Both the position numbers and the translations under genes were made by a program. A DNA stretch of 63,302 nt, counting the filler, from an uncultured Planctomycetaceae bacterium (GTDB lineage Bacteria; Planctomycetota; Planctomycetia; Planctomycetales; Planctomycetaceae), in NCBI GenBank assembly GCA_963976765.1. It is 6 parts of 6 records of this genome, joined end to end, with 100 filler letters (N's around TTAATTAATTAA, not from the genome) between each part and the next. Parts side by side here need not be neighbours in the genome. Positions count along the whole stretch, not along the records: positions 35,601 to 46,090 come from CAXBME010000068.1; positions 46,191 to 56,066 come from CAXBME010000069.1; 4 more parts are not named here. The stretch is one strand, 5' to 3'. The notes beneath the pieces were generated by a model that worked only from the letters and a program-made list of their open reading frames with translations, ran no database searches and had not been told where the DNA came from. Positions 41,865-52,916 of the stretch are shown piece after piece (within the stretch, counting starts at the first letter, position 1; each line of letters starts with the position of its first letter).

Positions 41865-44800
41865 ATGTCCACAGATGGAACTGACTCTGCACCTCAAGCA
41901 GCCAGCGCGACACCGCCTCAGCAGGCGATGAGCCCACTCGACCACATCATCCGGTTCTGCCTGGAAAACAAGCTGGTCGTGGCGCTGATTATTCTGATGG
42001 TGCTGGGCTGGGGTGTCCTGGTCGCTCCGTTCGACTGGGACGTCGGTGGCCTGCCTCGGAACCCGGTCCCCGTCGATGCGATTCCGGACATCGGCGAGAA
42101 TCAGCAGATCGTCTTTACCGAGTGGATGGGTCGCTCGCCTGAGGATATCGAAGACCAGATTACGTATCCCCTGACGGTGTCGCTGCTGGGGCTGCCCGGT
42201 GTAAAGACGATTCGCAGTTATTCGTTCTTCGGATTCTCGTCGATCTACATCATCTTCAAAGAGGACGTCGACTTTTACTGGTCGCGCAGCCGCGTGCTGG
42301 AGAAATTGAACAGTCTCCCGGCGGGCACGCTCCCCGAAGGCACGCAGGCGGCACTCGGGCCGGATGCGACGGCGCTTGGCCAGATCTACTGGTACACGCT
42401 GGAAGGCCGCGATCCCGAGGGTGAGCCGATCGGTGGCTGGGACCTGGACGAACTGCGGACGACTCAGGACTGGTATGTGCGCTATGCGCTGATGTCGGCC
42501 GAGGGTGTCAGCGAAGACGCTTCGATCGGTGGCTTCGTGCAGGAGTATCAGATCGACGTCGACCCGGATGCCATGCGGGCGTTCAACGTCAGCCTGGAAG
42601 AGGTCTATCGGGCCGTCAAGATGTCCAACATCGACGTCGGCGCGCGGACGATTGAAGTCAACAAAGCCGAATACATCATCCGCGGCCTGGGATTTATCGA
42701 GACGGTCAACGACATCGAGCAGAGCGTCATTAAGGACAACGATGACGTGCCCGTTTACGTCCGCGACGTGGCGGAAGTCACACTCGGGCCGGCGTTGCGG
42801 CGCGGAGCACTCGACAAGGGCGGAGCCGAAGCCGTCGGTGGCGTCGTCGTCGTCCGCTATGGATTCAACCCGCTCGAAGCAATCAAGAACGTCAAGAAGA
42901 AGATCGCCGAAATCGCGCCTGGTCTCCCCACCAAAGCCATCGTCGATTACCACAAAGTCAATCGGGCTGAGGTCGAGGCGTTTGCCCGTGACCTCGGATT
43001 CAGCGCGTACAACGGTAGTGAACTCAATCAGAAAGACTGGCAGAACTGGTTGCTGACGCGTCCGGTGCGTGTGGATGACTCAAAGGTAACGGCAGAGGAA
43101 ATTGAGGCCTTCGCTCGCGAACACGGGTTCGACGGTCTGGTTGCGAGTCCAGAGCCGCGGGGGAGTCCAGAGTCAGGCGGTCAAGAACACGCAGACCACG
43201 AGTCGGCGTCCGGCCATGCGGCGATGGGCCATGCCGGACACGGTGACAAGCATGATGGCTCTCAACTCTCGACGCTCAACACTCGACTGAACCAGACCGA
43301 TTGGCTCGACTACATCCGCGCGACGCATCGCTCCGAGCGTCCCGATTGGCTGATCGCACCACACGAACAGTGGCCGGAATGGATCAACACCAGTCACGTC
43401 ACGGTCGTGCCGTTCTACGATCGGACGGGATTGATTTACGAGACACTGGGCACACTGGACTCGTCGCTGACCGAAGAAATCCTGGTCACCATCATCGTCG
43501 TGCTCATCATGGTACTCCACCTCCGAAGTTCGTTTCTCATCAGTGTGCTGCTGCCGCTGGCTGTGCTGATGTGTTTCATTGCGATGAAGACGTTCGGGGT
43601 GGAAGCCAACATTGTGGCATTGTCCGGCATTGCTATCGCGATCGGAACGATGGTCGATATGGGAATTGTGTTATGCGAGAACATTCTCAATCACCTCAAC
43701 GAGGCGGATGAGAACGAGGACAAACTGGAAGTCGTGTTTCGCGCTTCGAGCGAAGTCGGCAGCGCGGTACTGACGGCTGTGGCAACAACCGTCGTCAGCT
43801 TTCTGCCCGTCTTCACCATGACGGCCGCCGAAGGCAAGTTGTTCAAGCCGCTGGCCTTTACCAAGACGTTCGCGCTGGCGTCTTCCGTGATCGTCGCACT
43901 GACGATTATCCCGCCCGCAGCGCATCTGCTGTTCGCCGGGCAGGTGGATTCGGAAAAGCTGAAACGAGGCCTGTTGATCGGTCTGGTTGTCGCCGGAGTC
44001 ATCACCGGATTCGCTCTGGTCTGGTACGTCGGAGCGATCATGGCCTTGCTCGGACTGTGGCATCTGGCTGGTCAACACATTCCGGATCAGTTCAGCAAAC
44101 ATGGAGCCCTGCTCGCCAACAGTGTTGCGATTCTGCTGGTCGGTGTGCTGTTGACCGACCACTGGCTGCCGCTGGGTCCGGAGAAAGGGCTGCTGCGTAA
44201 CTTCATTTTCGTGGGCGGTCTGATCGGCGGCCTGATGCTGTTCTTCCAGCTCTTCCAGCGAGTGATCTATCGACCGCTGCTGACCTGGTGTCTCGACCAC
44301 AAACTGCTGTTTCTTTCTCTTCCGACCGTGATCGTGCTGCTCGGCGGCAGTTCGTGGCTGGGTTTCGACAAAGTGTTCGGTTTCGTCCCGTGGACGGCGG
44401 AAAAGATGGGGATTGGCGCCGAGAACGTGCGCACAACTTCGGTCTGGTCGAAGCTGGCTCATACCTTCCCGGGCCTCGGCAAGGAGTTCATGCCGCCACT
44501 CGACGAGGGTTCGTATCTCTACATGCCGACCACCATGCCGCATGCCTCGATCGGCGAGGCGATGGACGTGCTGCAGTTGCAGAACAAGGCACTGATGGCG
44601 ATCCCGGAAATCGAATCCGCCGTCGGTAAGATCGGTCGCGTTGAAAGCCCGCTCGACCCGGCACCGATCTCGATGATTGAGACCATCATCAACTACAAGC
44701 CGGAATACCTGACTGGTAAAGACGGCCACCGCATCGACTATCGCTACAACGAATCCAGCAATGAGTTCGAGCGTGACGAAAACGGCGAACTGATTCCCGA

Positions 44801-46090
44801 CTCGGAAGGACGACCTTACCGAATCTGGCGGGATCACATCCGCACGCCGACCGACATCTGGAAAGAGATTGTCGACGCGGCTCAGGTTCCCGGTACAACG
44901 TCCGCTCCGAAGCTGCAGCCGATCGCGGCCCGGATTGTGATGCTGCAGAGCGGCATGCGCGCCCCGATGGGTGTCAAAGTCAAAGGCCCGACTCTGGAGA
45001 CCATCGAGAAAGTCGCGCTGGATATTGAACAGCTTCTCAAGCAGGTGCCCAGCGTCGAGGCGCCGGCCGTGATCGCCGACCGCGTGGTCGGCAAGCCGTA
45101 TCTGGAAATAGAAATTGATCGCGATGCCATCGCGCGGTACGGGGTGATGATCCGTTCGGTGCAGGATGTCATCGAAGTCGCAATCGGCGGACGAAAAGTC
45201 ACCACAACCGTCGAAGGCCGCGAGCGTTTTCCGGTCCGCGTGCGGTATCTCCGCGAACTGCGTGACACCCCTGAAACGCTCGGTCGCATCCTGGTCCCGG
45301 CCCCGGGTGGCGCGCAGATCCCGCTCGAACAGCTCGCCAACATTCGCTACGTCCGCGGCCCGCAGGTCGTCAAAAGTGAAGACACCTTCCTGGTGGCTTA
45401 CGTCCTGTTCGATATGAAGCCTGGCAATGCGGAAGTCGATGTCGTCGAGGAGTGCCAGCGGTTCCTCGAACAGAAGATCGCCAGCGGCGAATTCATCCTG
45501 CCGCCTGGTGTGAGTTACGCTTTCGCCGGCAATTACGAGAATCAGGTGCGTTCGCAGAAGACGCTGTCGGTGGTGCTGCCGCTGGCTCTGTTCGTCATCT
45601 TTCTGATCCTCTACTTCCAGTTCAAGCAGGTCATCACGACGTCGCTGGTCTTCAGCGGGATCATCGTCGCCTGGGCTGGCGGCTTCATCATGATCTGGAT
45701 GTACGGTCAGGACTGGTTCCTGAACTTCTCGGTGTTCGATACCGACATGCGGACACTGTTTCAGGTCCATCCGATCAACCTGAGCGTCGCCGTCTGGGTG
45801 GGTTTCCTGGCACTGTTCGGGATCGCGTCAGACGACGGGGTGGTCATCACGACTTATCTCGACCAGAGCTTCCGCACGAAGCAGATCGACACCATTGAGG
45901 ATGCCCGGAAAGCCACAATCGAAGGCGGTCAGCGTCGAGTGCGGCCCTGCCTGATGACCACGGCCACAACCATCCTCGCACTGATCCCCGTGTTGACTTC
46001 AACCGGCCGAGGCTCGGACATCATGGTCCCGATGGCCATCCCCAGCTTTGGCGGCATGACGATCGAAATCATGACCATGCTCGTCGTCCC
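41865..46090 (+). CDS. cusA: CusA/CzcA-family RND permease (3' end cut by contig end)
   Basis: VDAIPDIGENQQIVFTEW, LGPDATALG, GIAIAIGTMVD, EFMPPLDEG, RVRPCLMT, PMAIPSFGG. Confidence 0.9.
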
Positions 46091-46190
46091 NNNNNNNNNN
46101 NNNNNNNNNNNNNNNNNNNNNNNNNNNNNNNNNNTTAATTAATTAANNNNNNNNNNNNNNNNNNNNNNNNNNNNNNNNNNNNNNNNNNNN
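46091..46190. other. Artificial contig linker
   Basis: N44-TTAATTAATTAA-N44. Confidence 0.98.
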
Positions 46191-46245
46191 CTGAAGCACT
46201 CTTCGCGCTGAAGCACTCTTCGCGCTGAAGCACTCTTCGCGCTGA
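46191..46245. repeat. 17-bp tandem repeat at contig start
   Basis: CTGAAGCACTCTTCGCG x3 plus a partial copy. Each unit contains GAAG-N4-CTTC. Confidence 0.9.
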
Positions 46246-46282
46246 TAAGGACGACTCGGCCAGCAGTTGCAGTCCAGCGATT

Positions 46283-47173
46283 TCAACGGCTCAGTATTTT
46301 CGTGAGCCATTCCAGTGACTGCTTCTGCCAGGCATCCCACATGGGGCCTTTGTAACCGTTCAGGCCGTGCCCGCCGGATGGGAGTTGCAGATACTCCGTC
46401 GCGGTGCCGTGAGCCTTCAGGGCGTCGTGGAATGCCTGGCTGTTCGCGGGAACGACGACCCAGTCGTCCAGCGCGTGCGCAAGGTAGGTCGGACACGTTT
46501 CGGCAGTGACCTGCTTTTCGTTCGAAAACAGATCAATCAGCTCGTCGCTCGGTTCGTCTCCGAGCAGGTTGCGGCGAGAGCCCCCGTGCGTGGTCTTGTC
46601 CATCGTAACGACCGGGTAGACGAGAATGGCAAAGTCCGGTCGACTCGATTGCCGCGTAATCGGATCCTTCGATTGAGCAACGCCCGAGTCGAAATGTGTG
46701 GCCGCAGTCGACGCCAGATGTCCCCCCGCCGAGAACCCGATGATGCCGATCTTCTTCGCATCAAGATCCCACTCTTGCGCGTTGGCCCGGGCCGTTCGGA
46801 TGGCTCGTTGAGCATCCAGCAGCGGAACGTACGGTCGCCCTTTCGGCAGGCGATACTCAAGGACAAGCCCAGTGACGCCGTGCCCATTCAGCCACTTCGC
46901 TATGCCGTGCCCTTCTCCGCCAGTAACCAGCCCGCCATATCCGCCGCCGGGACAGATCACGATGGCCGTGCCATTCGGCGTTGCCGGTCGATGCAGCGTC
47001 AGACGCACATTGACTTCTTCAGAAGTCCCGTCGCCGTTCGGCGCCTTCCCGTCCCAAAGCGACAGCGTCTCCGGCTTGTGCGACAAGCCCTCAGCAGAAG
47101 CAGCAGACCCCGAGGCCAAAACAAAGACGCACGCCACAACGCTCAACAGACGACAAGGCAACAAACGACGCAT
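46283..47173 (-). CDS. Secreted alpha/beta hydrolase (esterase, BD-FAE-like)
   Basis: ICPGGGY, LEYRLP, GFSAGGHLA, RPDFAILVYPV, GGHG. Confidence 0.88.
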   Translation of the reverse strand: MRRLLPCRLLSVVACVFVLASGSAASAEGLSHKPETLSLWDGKAPNGDGTSEEVNVRLTLHRPATPNGTAIVICPGGGYGGLVTGGEGHGIAKWLNGHGVTGLVLEYRLPKGRPYVPLLDAQRAIRTARANAQEWDLDAKKIGIIGFSAGGHLASTAATHFDSGVAQSKDPITRQSSRPDFAILVYPVVTMDKTTHGGSRRNLLGDEPSDELIDLFSNEKQVTAETCPTYLAHALDDWVVVPANSQAFHDALKAHGTATEYLQLPSGGHGLNGYKGPMWDAWQKQSLEWLTKILSR

Positions 47174-47438
47174 GAGAATTCCTCGGAAAAGCTCGGAACA
47201 CGAATCGGAAATGCAGCGAGGCATAGCCACACATCCTACCGCGATCCCAACTCCATAAGCAGCCTCAACCACTGTTCAACACCGTCGAATTATGCCCTGG
47301 TCATTTACTGGTTGTTCCTGAATTGTGTGTCGGTCTATGATCGACGGGGCCTGCCTTCAATTTGAATTATCAGCGCCCTGTTTCCCGAGCGTAGTTTCGA
47401 GTATGGATCAACATCATCGGTCTACGGACTGCACTGGT

Positions 47439-49211
47439 ATGCCGACCGAATGTCGCTTCAGGCAACTGACGTTCGTCGGCGCGACATTGATTGCAATGTT
47501 CCTTTCCTCGTGCGGGGGATCGTCTCAGCCGACCATCACTGACGAGTCAGGCAGGAAGACTCCCGCTGCCACGGAAGCCAGGTCGCCATCGGCAACGTCT
47601 TCTCCCGAGTTGACTCGAATCCGAAGTGATTCTGATTGGTTCGACGATATCACTGAGTCAACAGGAATCGTGTTTACCTATCGAAATGGCGCCGAAGCAA
47701 ATCAATTCACCATTCTTGAAACCGTTGGTGGAGGTGTTGGGATATTCGACTTCGATTGCGACAGGCAGCAGGACGTCTTCTGTGTCGGAGGTGGCACAAT
47801 TGATCCAGGCTCAGTGACTCCATCAGGACTTCCCTGCCACCTTTTTCACAACATTGGCGATTTTCAATTCAAGGACGTGACCGTCAGCGGTCATATCCCA
47901 AGTGACACTGACTATTCGCATGGATGTGTTGCTGGAGACATTGACAACGATGGATTTCCCGACCTGTTCGTTACGTGCTACGGGCGCTCCTGTCTGATGC
48001 TGAATTGTGGAGACGGCACGTTCATCGATATGACGAACTCCGCAGGTCTGGCGGATGAATCATGGAGTACTGCCGCCGCATTTGGCGACGTTGATGGCGA
48101 CGGATCAGCAGACCTCTACGTGACCAGTTACACCGACTGGAGCCCCAAGAGCCACACGCCCTGCGGAAACTCGATCGATCAAACTATCGATGTTTGCCCG
48201 CCACAGAACTACAACCCTTTGCCGGACAGACTCTACCGCAATCAGGGGAATGGCGAATTCCAGGAAGTATCCGAAGAGATGGGTATCCGTAAAGACGGAA
48301 TGGGATTGGGTGTTCTTGCCGCTGACATCAATGAGGATGGTCAGGTCGACTTCTTCGTGGCAAATGACGCAGTAGCAAACCGTCTCTACCTCAGTTCGGA
48401 AAGATATTCTTTCATCGAAACTGCAGAAGTTGCGGGCGTAGCGTACAACGACGGTGGCTCTCCCGAGGGCAGCATGGGAATTGACGCCGAAGACATTGAT
48501 GGAGATGGTCTCTGCGAATTGTGGGTTACCAACTTTGAAATGGAGGACAACTCGCTGTTTCAGAATCAGGGCAACGGACTTTTTCAGCACGCAACTGCAG
48601 CATTTGGCCTGGCTGGTCAGAGTCGAATTAACGTTGGCTTCGGAACTGGTCTACATGACCTCGACGGCGATTCCTGGATGGACGTGTACGTTTTCAACGG
48701 ACACGTGCTTTACAACAATGGGCTTACACCGTTTCGCCAGCCGGCGTTCGTATTCCGAAATCTCGATGGCAGAAAGTTTGCCGATGTAACGGGTTCAGCC
48801 GGTACGTGGTTCCATGTGCCTCACTCAGCACGCGGCGGGGCTGTCGGAGACCTGGACGGCAATGGGATGCTGGATCTGGTAACCAGTTCGATCAACGAAC
48901 CAACTGCCATTCTTCGAAACCAACTACCTGTTAAGAATTGGATACGATTGCAGCTTGTCGGGCGACACAGCTCAAGAATTCCAGTCGGTGCACGGGTAAC
49001 CGTCAAAGCTTTCGGTCGCAGCTGCGTCAGGTTGGCAAAGAGTGGATCTGGATTTCTGTCGCAATCGGATTCACGCATCCTGTTTGCGATCGAGCCAGAG
49101 CGGGCCGAAGTCGATGTCGAAGTTGCCTGGCCATCCGGCAAGTATGAAACTTTCAGAGCGCGAGCAACTGCAACCGACCACGTACTCATCGAAGACTCGG
49201 GAGCTGATTAA
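47439..49211 (+). CDS. CRTAC1/ASPIC-UnbV-like FG-GAP repeat lipoprotein
   Basis: Lipobox-like LSSC, ETVGGGVGIFDFD, repeated DxDxDGxxD, and C-terminal GSGFLSQS...WPSG. Confidence 0.85.
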   Translation: MPTECRFRQLTFVGATLIAMFLSSCGGSSQPTITDESGRKTPAATEARSPSATSSPELTRIRSDSDWFDDITESTGIVFTYRNGAEANQFTILETVGGGVGIFDFDCDRQQDVFCVGGGTIDPGSVTPSGLPCHLFHNIGDFQFKDVTVSGHIPSDTDYSHGCVAGDIDNDGFPDLFVTCYGRSCLMLNCGDGTFIDMTNSAGLADESWSTAAAFGDVDGDGSADLYVTSYTDWSPKSHTPCGNSIDQTIDVCPPQNYNPLPDRLYRNQGNGEFQEVSEEMGIRKDGMGLGVLAADINEDGQVDFFVANDAVANRLYLSSERYSFIETAEVAGVAYNDGGSPEGSMGIDAEDIDGDGLCELWVTNFEMEDNSLFQNQGNGLFQHATAAFGLAGQSRINVGFGTGLHDLDGDSWMDVYVFNGHVLYNNGLTPFRQPAFVFRNLDGRKFADVTGSAGTWFHVPHSARGGAVGDLDGNGMLDLVTSSINEPTAILRNQLPVKNWIRLQLVGRHSSRIPVGARVTVKAFGRSCVRLAKSGSGFLSQSDSRILFAIEPERAEVDVEVAWPSGKYETFRARATATDHVLIEDSGAD

Positions 49212-49214
49212 GAG

Positions 49215-50438
49215 ATGGCAGCTTCCAGAAACTCAGGAAAGTCTCGATCGCAAAGGACAATGAATCGGCAAGTCTTTCGCCGATGGCCGCGATTCGCCGG
49301 ACTGCTCGCTCTTCTAATCATCCTGGTTTCCGTCTGGTGGAGTAAGCAGGACGATATTGCCAGCGTGTGCCAACAGGCTGGTGCGTTGTTGGCGACAAAT
49401 CCAAACAGGGCAGTTCTATTGCTCGAACAAGTCGTATCAGTCTCAGGCACCGATGCGCCTGATGCGTACGTTTTGTGGACTCGAGCACTGCTGGCAGCAG
49501 GTCGACATTCTGAAGCGCTGGGCTGCTTCAGCCTGATGAACAACCCGTCTGCGGCTGACCATAAAATGTTGCTGCTACTGGCAGACGAAGCTGTGGCGTC
49601 TGGCGATCCGTTGCTCGCTCGATTTTCGCTGGAAGCAATTTCGCCTGAAAGTGTTGATCGACCGACTGCTCTTCAACGATTGATCAGTCTCAACCAGCAA
49701 ACCGGCAATGCGACCGCAATCATGCCATTGGCTCAGGAGCTGTTGATTCTGCAACCGGATAACGCGAATTCCTGGCGGGTGTTAGCTCAAGTTCAGGAGT
49801 CGCAACAGGAACTGCACGCCGCCGCTGCAACATTTCAGGAAGTTCTGAAACGCGAGCGAGTTACCGACCGTCGTGCGTCTGCGTTGCGATCACTGCTGAG
49901 ACTTCAGGTTCTGCTTGGCGAGCGTACAGATGCCCGTATTTCCCTTGATGAGCTGACGAAGATTGCTCCACTCAAAACCACTGACCAAATCAACGAGGTT
50001 TTGTTGTTGAAACTGGAGGGAGAGATGGAACAAGCGTGGATGAAAATTGGTGAAGTCGTTGCTCAGTCGCCCACGAACATGCTGGCACGCGAAACCCGCG
50101 GAACACTTGCTTTTTCTCGTGGCGAGAATAATACGGCTCGGAAAGACTTCGAAGCAGTCCTTCGCGTTGAACCTCTCAACAAGCAAGTTCACTATAAACT
50201 CGCTCAGGTCTTGCTCCGAATGGGTAACACGGACGATGCCCGGAAACATCTCCAGGAAAATCGCCGTCTTACCGAGATCTCTGCTGACATCCTGAAACTT
50301 GAGACCGCCGCAGCAGAGGGTAAAGCCGAGATTAACCGTCTGAATAAACTGGCAACAGCCTACGATCAAATCGGGCAAAAGGAAACGGCGACGCGGCTCA
50401 GAGAAGCCGCGAGTCGCCTTGTTCCTGTCGCCCAGTAA
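49215..50438 (+). CDS. Membrane-anchored TPR protein
   Basis: N-terminal TM and helical repeats such as PLNKQVHYKLAQVLLRMG. Confidence 0.8.
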   Translation: MAASRNSGKSRSQRTMNRQVFRRWPRFAGLLALLIILVSVWWSKQDDIASVCQQAGALLATNPNRAVLLLEQVVSVSGTDAPDAYVLWTRALLAAGRHSEALGCFSLMNNPSAADHKMLLLLADEAVASGDPLLARFSLEAISPESVDRPTALQRLISLNQQTGNATAIMPLAQELLILQPDNANSWRVLAQVQESQQELHAAAATFQEVLKRERVTDRRASALRSLLRLQVLLGERTDARISLDELTKIAPLKTTDQINEVLLLKLEGEMEQAWMKIGEVVAQSPTNMLARETRGTLAFSRGENNTARKDFEAVLRVEPLNKQVHYKLAQVLLRMGNTDDARKHLQENRRLTEISADILKLETAAAEGKAEINRLNKLATAYDQIGQKETATRLREAASRLVPVAQ

Positions 50439-50460
50439 CCGGTTTGTGAAGAGTCCTTGC

Positions 50461-50919
50461 TTATTCGGTCAGAGCAATATCGATCGTGTTTTCTCCGGCT
50501 TTGACTTCGAAAGTCAGCCCGGAAGTTTCAGCACTTTGATAGCGTTCTGGGATATCGCTTTTCGGTTGTTCGGGAAGTGTACCGGCCATGCCCCTCTCCA
50601 TAATCTCTTCGTCAGTCAATCCCAGATCCGGCAGCGGGGGAGTTACACCGACGTTATAGGACCCAGCAAGCACTTGTGGGGCATTCCGCATCAGTAGCTC
50701 ATACTTACCGGCGGCATCGGTAGTGTCGGTAGCCATGTGACCACCGCCATCCATCATGAACACGATAACGGTTCCTTCAGGAACCGGAGTATTTTTGAAG
50801 GTTACAGTTCCAGTGACGGTACCGGTCTCTCCTTCCGGAAGTCCGCTTCCACCACACCCCAATGTCGACAGAAAAAACGCGATGACAAGACTTTTAAGAA
50901 TGTTGACTGAACACTGCAT
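50461..50919 (-). CDS. Planctomycete carboxypeptidase-regulatory-like-domain lipoprotein
   Basis: LGCGG lipobox, VTGTVTF..P, TDAAGKYEL, IPERY...TSGLTFEVKAGEN. Confidence 0.82.
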   Translation of the reverse strand: MQCSVNILKSLVIAFFLSTLGCGGSGLPEGETGTVTGTVTFKNTPVPEGTVIVFMMDGGGHMATDTTDAAGKYELLMRNAPQVLAGSYNVGVTPPLPDLGLTDEEIMERGMAGTLPEQPKSDIPERYQSAETSGLTFEVKAGENTIDIALTE

Positions 50920-51028
50920 GAGAACCCACTGACCTTTAACTGACGAATGATGAAGCAGGAAAGCCCCGCCCCATCAAATGACGGAACGGGACTGATTTAC
51001 GACGGGACCGAGAAGCGATACCACTCTT

Positions 51029-52057
51029 CTAGAAGTCCCCTAACTCACCGCCGTCATTTCTGGTCGACGCACGCTTCAGCGTCGTGAGGTTAGTGTTGTC
51101 GCTGAGGAACCTTACTCCGCCATCTGCCAGTAATGCATGGACACCGCCCGTGTGAGATGAGAAAATCCCATTGTTGGCGCCATCATTATCGCAGACACCC
51201 GGAAGCACTGCGCCGCCGATTTCAGTAACAGCGTTCGGTGCGTACCGAATGGTCGTCAGATTAAAGCGTCTTTGATTCGTCGTCTCGGAAAGCCCAGCAG
51301 TTCCCATCATCCATCCATGGCGATTGTTGATCCGCACTTCCACGCCTGCTGCATTCACCCCGAATGTTGACTGCTCGCTGATCGCGATGATGTTACTGGT
51401 TCCATCCTTCATGTCTTTAAAGCTTACGGTTCTGACCGACAAAAGAACGCCGCCACGGGCATGAATCCCTTGCGACGGGCAACTGCAGCAGTTGTCGCTG
51501 TTAAACTGTTGCGAAACTCCGGCATTGAAGAAGTTGTCAGGATTAGCCGCAGGTGTGCCGGCATCGTCAACTGCTCCAGAAATTCCAACATACTCCGAGG
51601 TCTGAGTGAAGATTCCAGCCCCCGTGTCCCTGAGTGCATCAACCGGACTCGACGGGCATCTCAGCCAGGGAAACACCTTCCCTCGGACGAGCGGCCCATT
51701 AAACGTCTGCCCTGTTCCCTGCCCGGTATAACCGTAGGACTGTCCATCAAACGTCAGTGAATCGTATAGTGGTGCTTCGTCGAGATACGGCAAGAGTGCC
51801 ATCCAGAACGACCCTCCCCATCCTCCGGGTGCGCCAGGTGCGCGAACGCCAATCGGAAAAGTTCCGGCTGTGTCATGGTAGTTGTGCAGGGCGATCCCAA
51901 TCTGCTTGAGATTGGCCTTGCACTGCGCCCGTCTGGCCGCTTCGCGTGCCTGCTGAACAGCCGGCAGTAACAGAGCCACGAGAATGGCGATAATCGCGAT
52001 GACGACCAGGAGTTCAATCAGCGTGAATCCTCGCCGAACCATGTTGCGTCGTTCCAT
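51029..52057 (-). CDS. DUF1559 prepilin-like protein
   Basis: GFTLIELLVVIAIIAILVALLLPAVQQAREAARR..C..NLKQIGIALHNYHD and C-terminal H-X9-DG. GGAGG SD upstream. Confidence 0.95.
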   Translation of the reverse strand: MERRNMVRRGFTLIELLVVIAIIAILVALLLPAVQQAREAARRAQCKANLKQIGIALHNYHDTAGTFPIGVRAPGAPGGWGGSFWMALLPYLDEAPLYDSLTFDGQSYGYTGQGTGQTFNGPLVRGKVFPWLRCPSSPVDALRDTGAGIFTQTSEYVGISGAVDDAGTPAANPDNFFNAGVSQQFNSDNCCSCPSQGIHARGGVLLSVRTVSFKDMKDGTSNIIAISEQSTFGVNAAGVEVRINNRHGWMMGTAGLSETTNQRRFNLTTIRYAPNAVTEIGGAVLPGVCDNDGANNGIFSSHTGGVHALLADGGVRFLSDNTNLTTLKRASTRNDGGELGDF

Positions 52058-52649
52058 AAGAGCACCTCCAGAGAAAAAACTAAAATGACCCACAGGTCTC
52101 GCTGACCCGTGAAAACGTTTACAGAGGCAGCCAACCTTCCTTGAAAGATCAAATCAAGATCCGCAGATGTCTTGAATGAGTATGTCGCTGGGATCCAACT
52201 GCGTCAATGACGCAATTCAACGGCCTCGCTAACGAACACATCCGTATTCACTCCGATAGGCATGACACTCTGCGCCAACATTGAAACCCAACGGCACCAT
52301 TCGCGTCTGTCCGTTTTTCATGGGGCACCGCAACGATACTCAAGGAGCGAATTCGCACTCTGAATATGCCGCCAACTGAGTTGAGTGCTTGGAATCGCCA
52401 GCATGTCCTGGCATGATGCTCCCCCGGATAAGATCGGAACGAGCAGACTCAAATCCGGGCTCTTGCGTTTAACAGCGAAATCAGGAAAGTTGGTGAGTTT
52501 CCGCCGAGTGTTGTCAAATCGGCTCCCCAAAAGAACCAGGAACCTTGCCGTTTGTAATCCATGCTCGATCAGAATCGCAGGCAAGGAAACGATCACTGAA
52601 TCTGAGTTGGAGACAACTTCTCCGATTTCCAATTACAGAATGCTGCCAA

Positions 52650-52868
52650 ATGAAATGTGTCACAGGTGGGATACTTATCGCGACCGCTGAACAGGCCTTC
52701 GCACATTCTCAGCTCGTTCAGTTTCCAAATCACTTATTTGCACAAGACATTCTGATGCCGGCCAGCATTGTGCTCCTTGCGACAGGAACTGGCTTCCTTG
52801 TTTGGGGAATGATGACCGAGTGTCGCACCGTGCCTTTGGAAGATTCCAAAGTTAAAGCTCAGAACTGA
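52650..52868 (+). CDS. Small membrane protein
   Basis: MKCVTGGILIATAEQAFAH...FPNH...PASIVL..G..FLVWG, with two hydrophobic segments. Confidence 0.55.
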   Translation: MKCVTGGILIATAEQAFAHSQLVQFPNHLFAQDILMPASIVLLATGTGFLVWGMMTECRTVPLEDSKVKAQN

Positions 52869-52916
52869 ATTTTGAAGCAGGACTTCTTCGAACTTCGCGG
52901 CAAACCGGAGGGGACA

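Noticed and set aside
41835..45770. 372-aa and 699-aa minus-strand ORFs
   Set aside because: These are antisense shadows of GC-rich cusA with no recognisable motifs.
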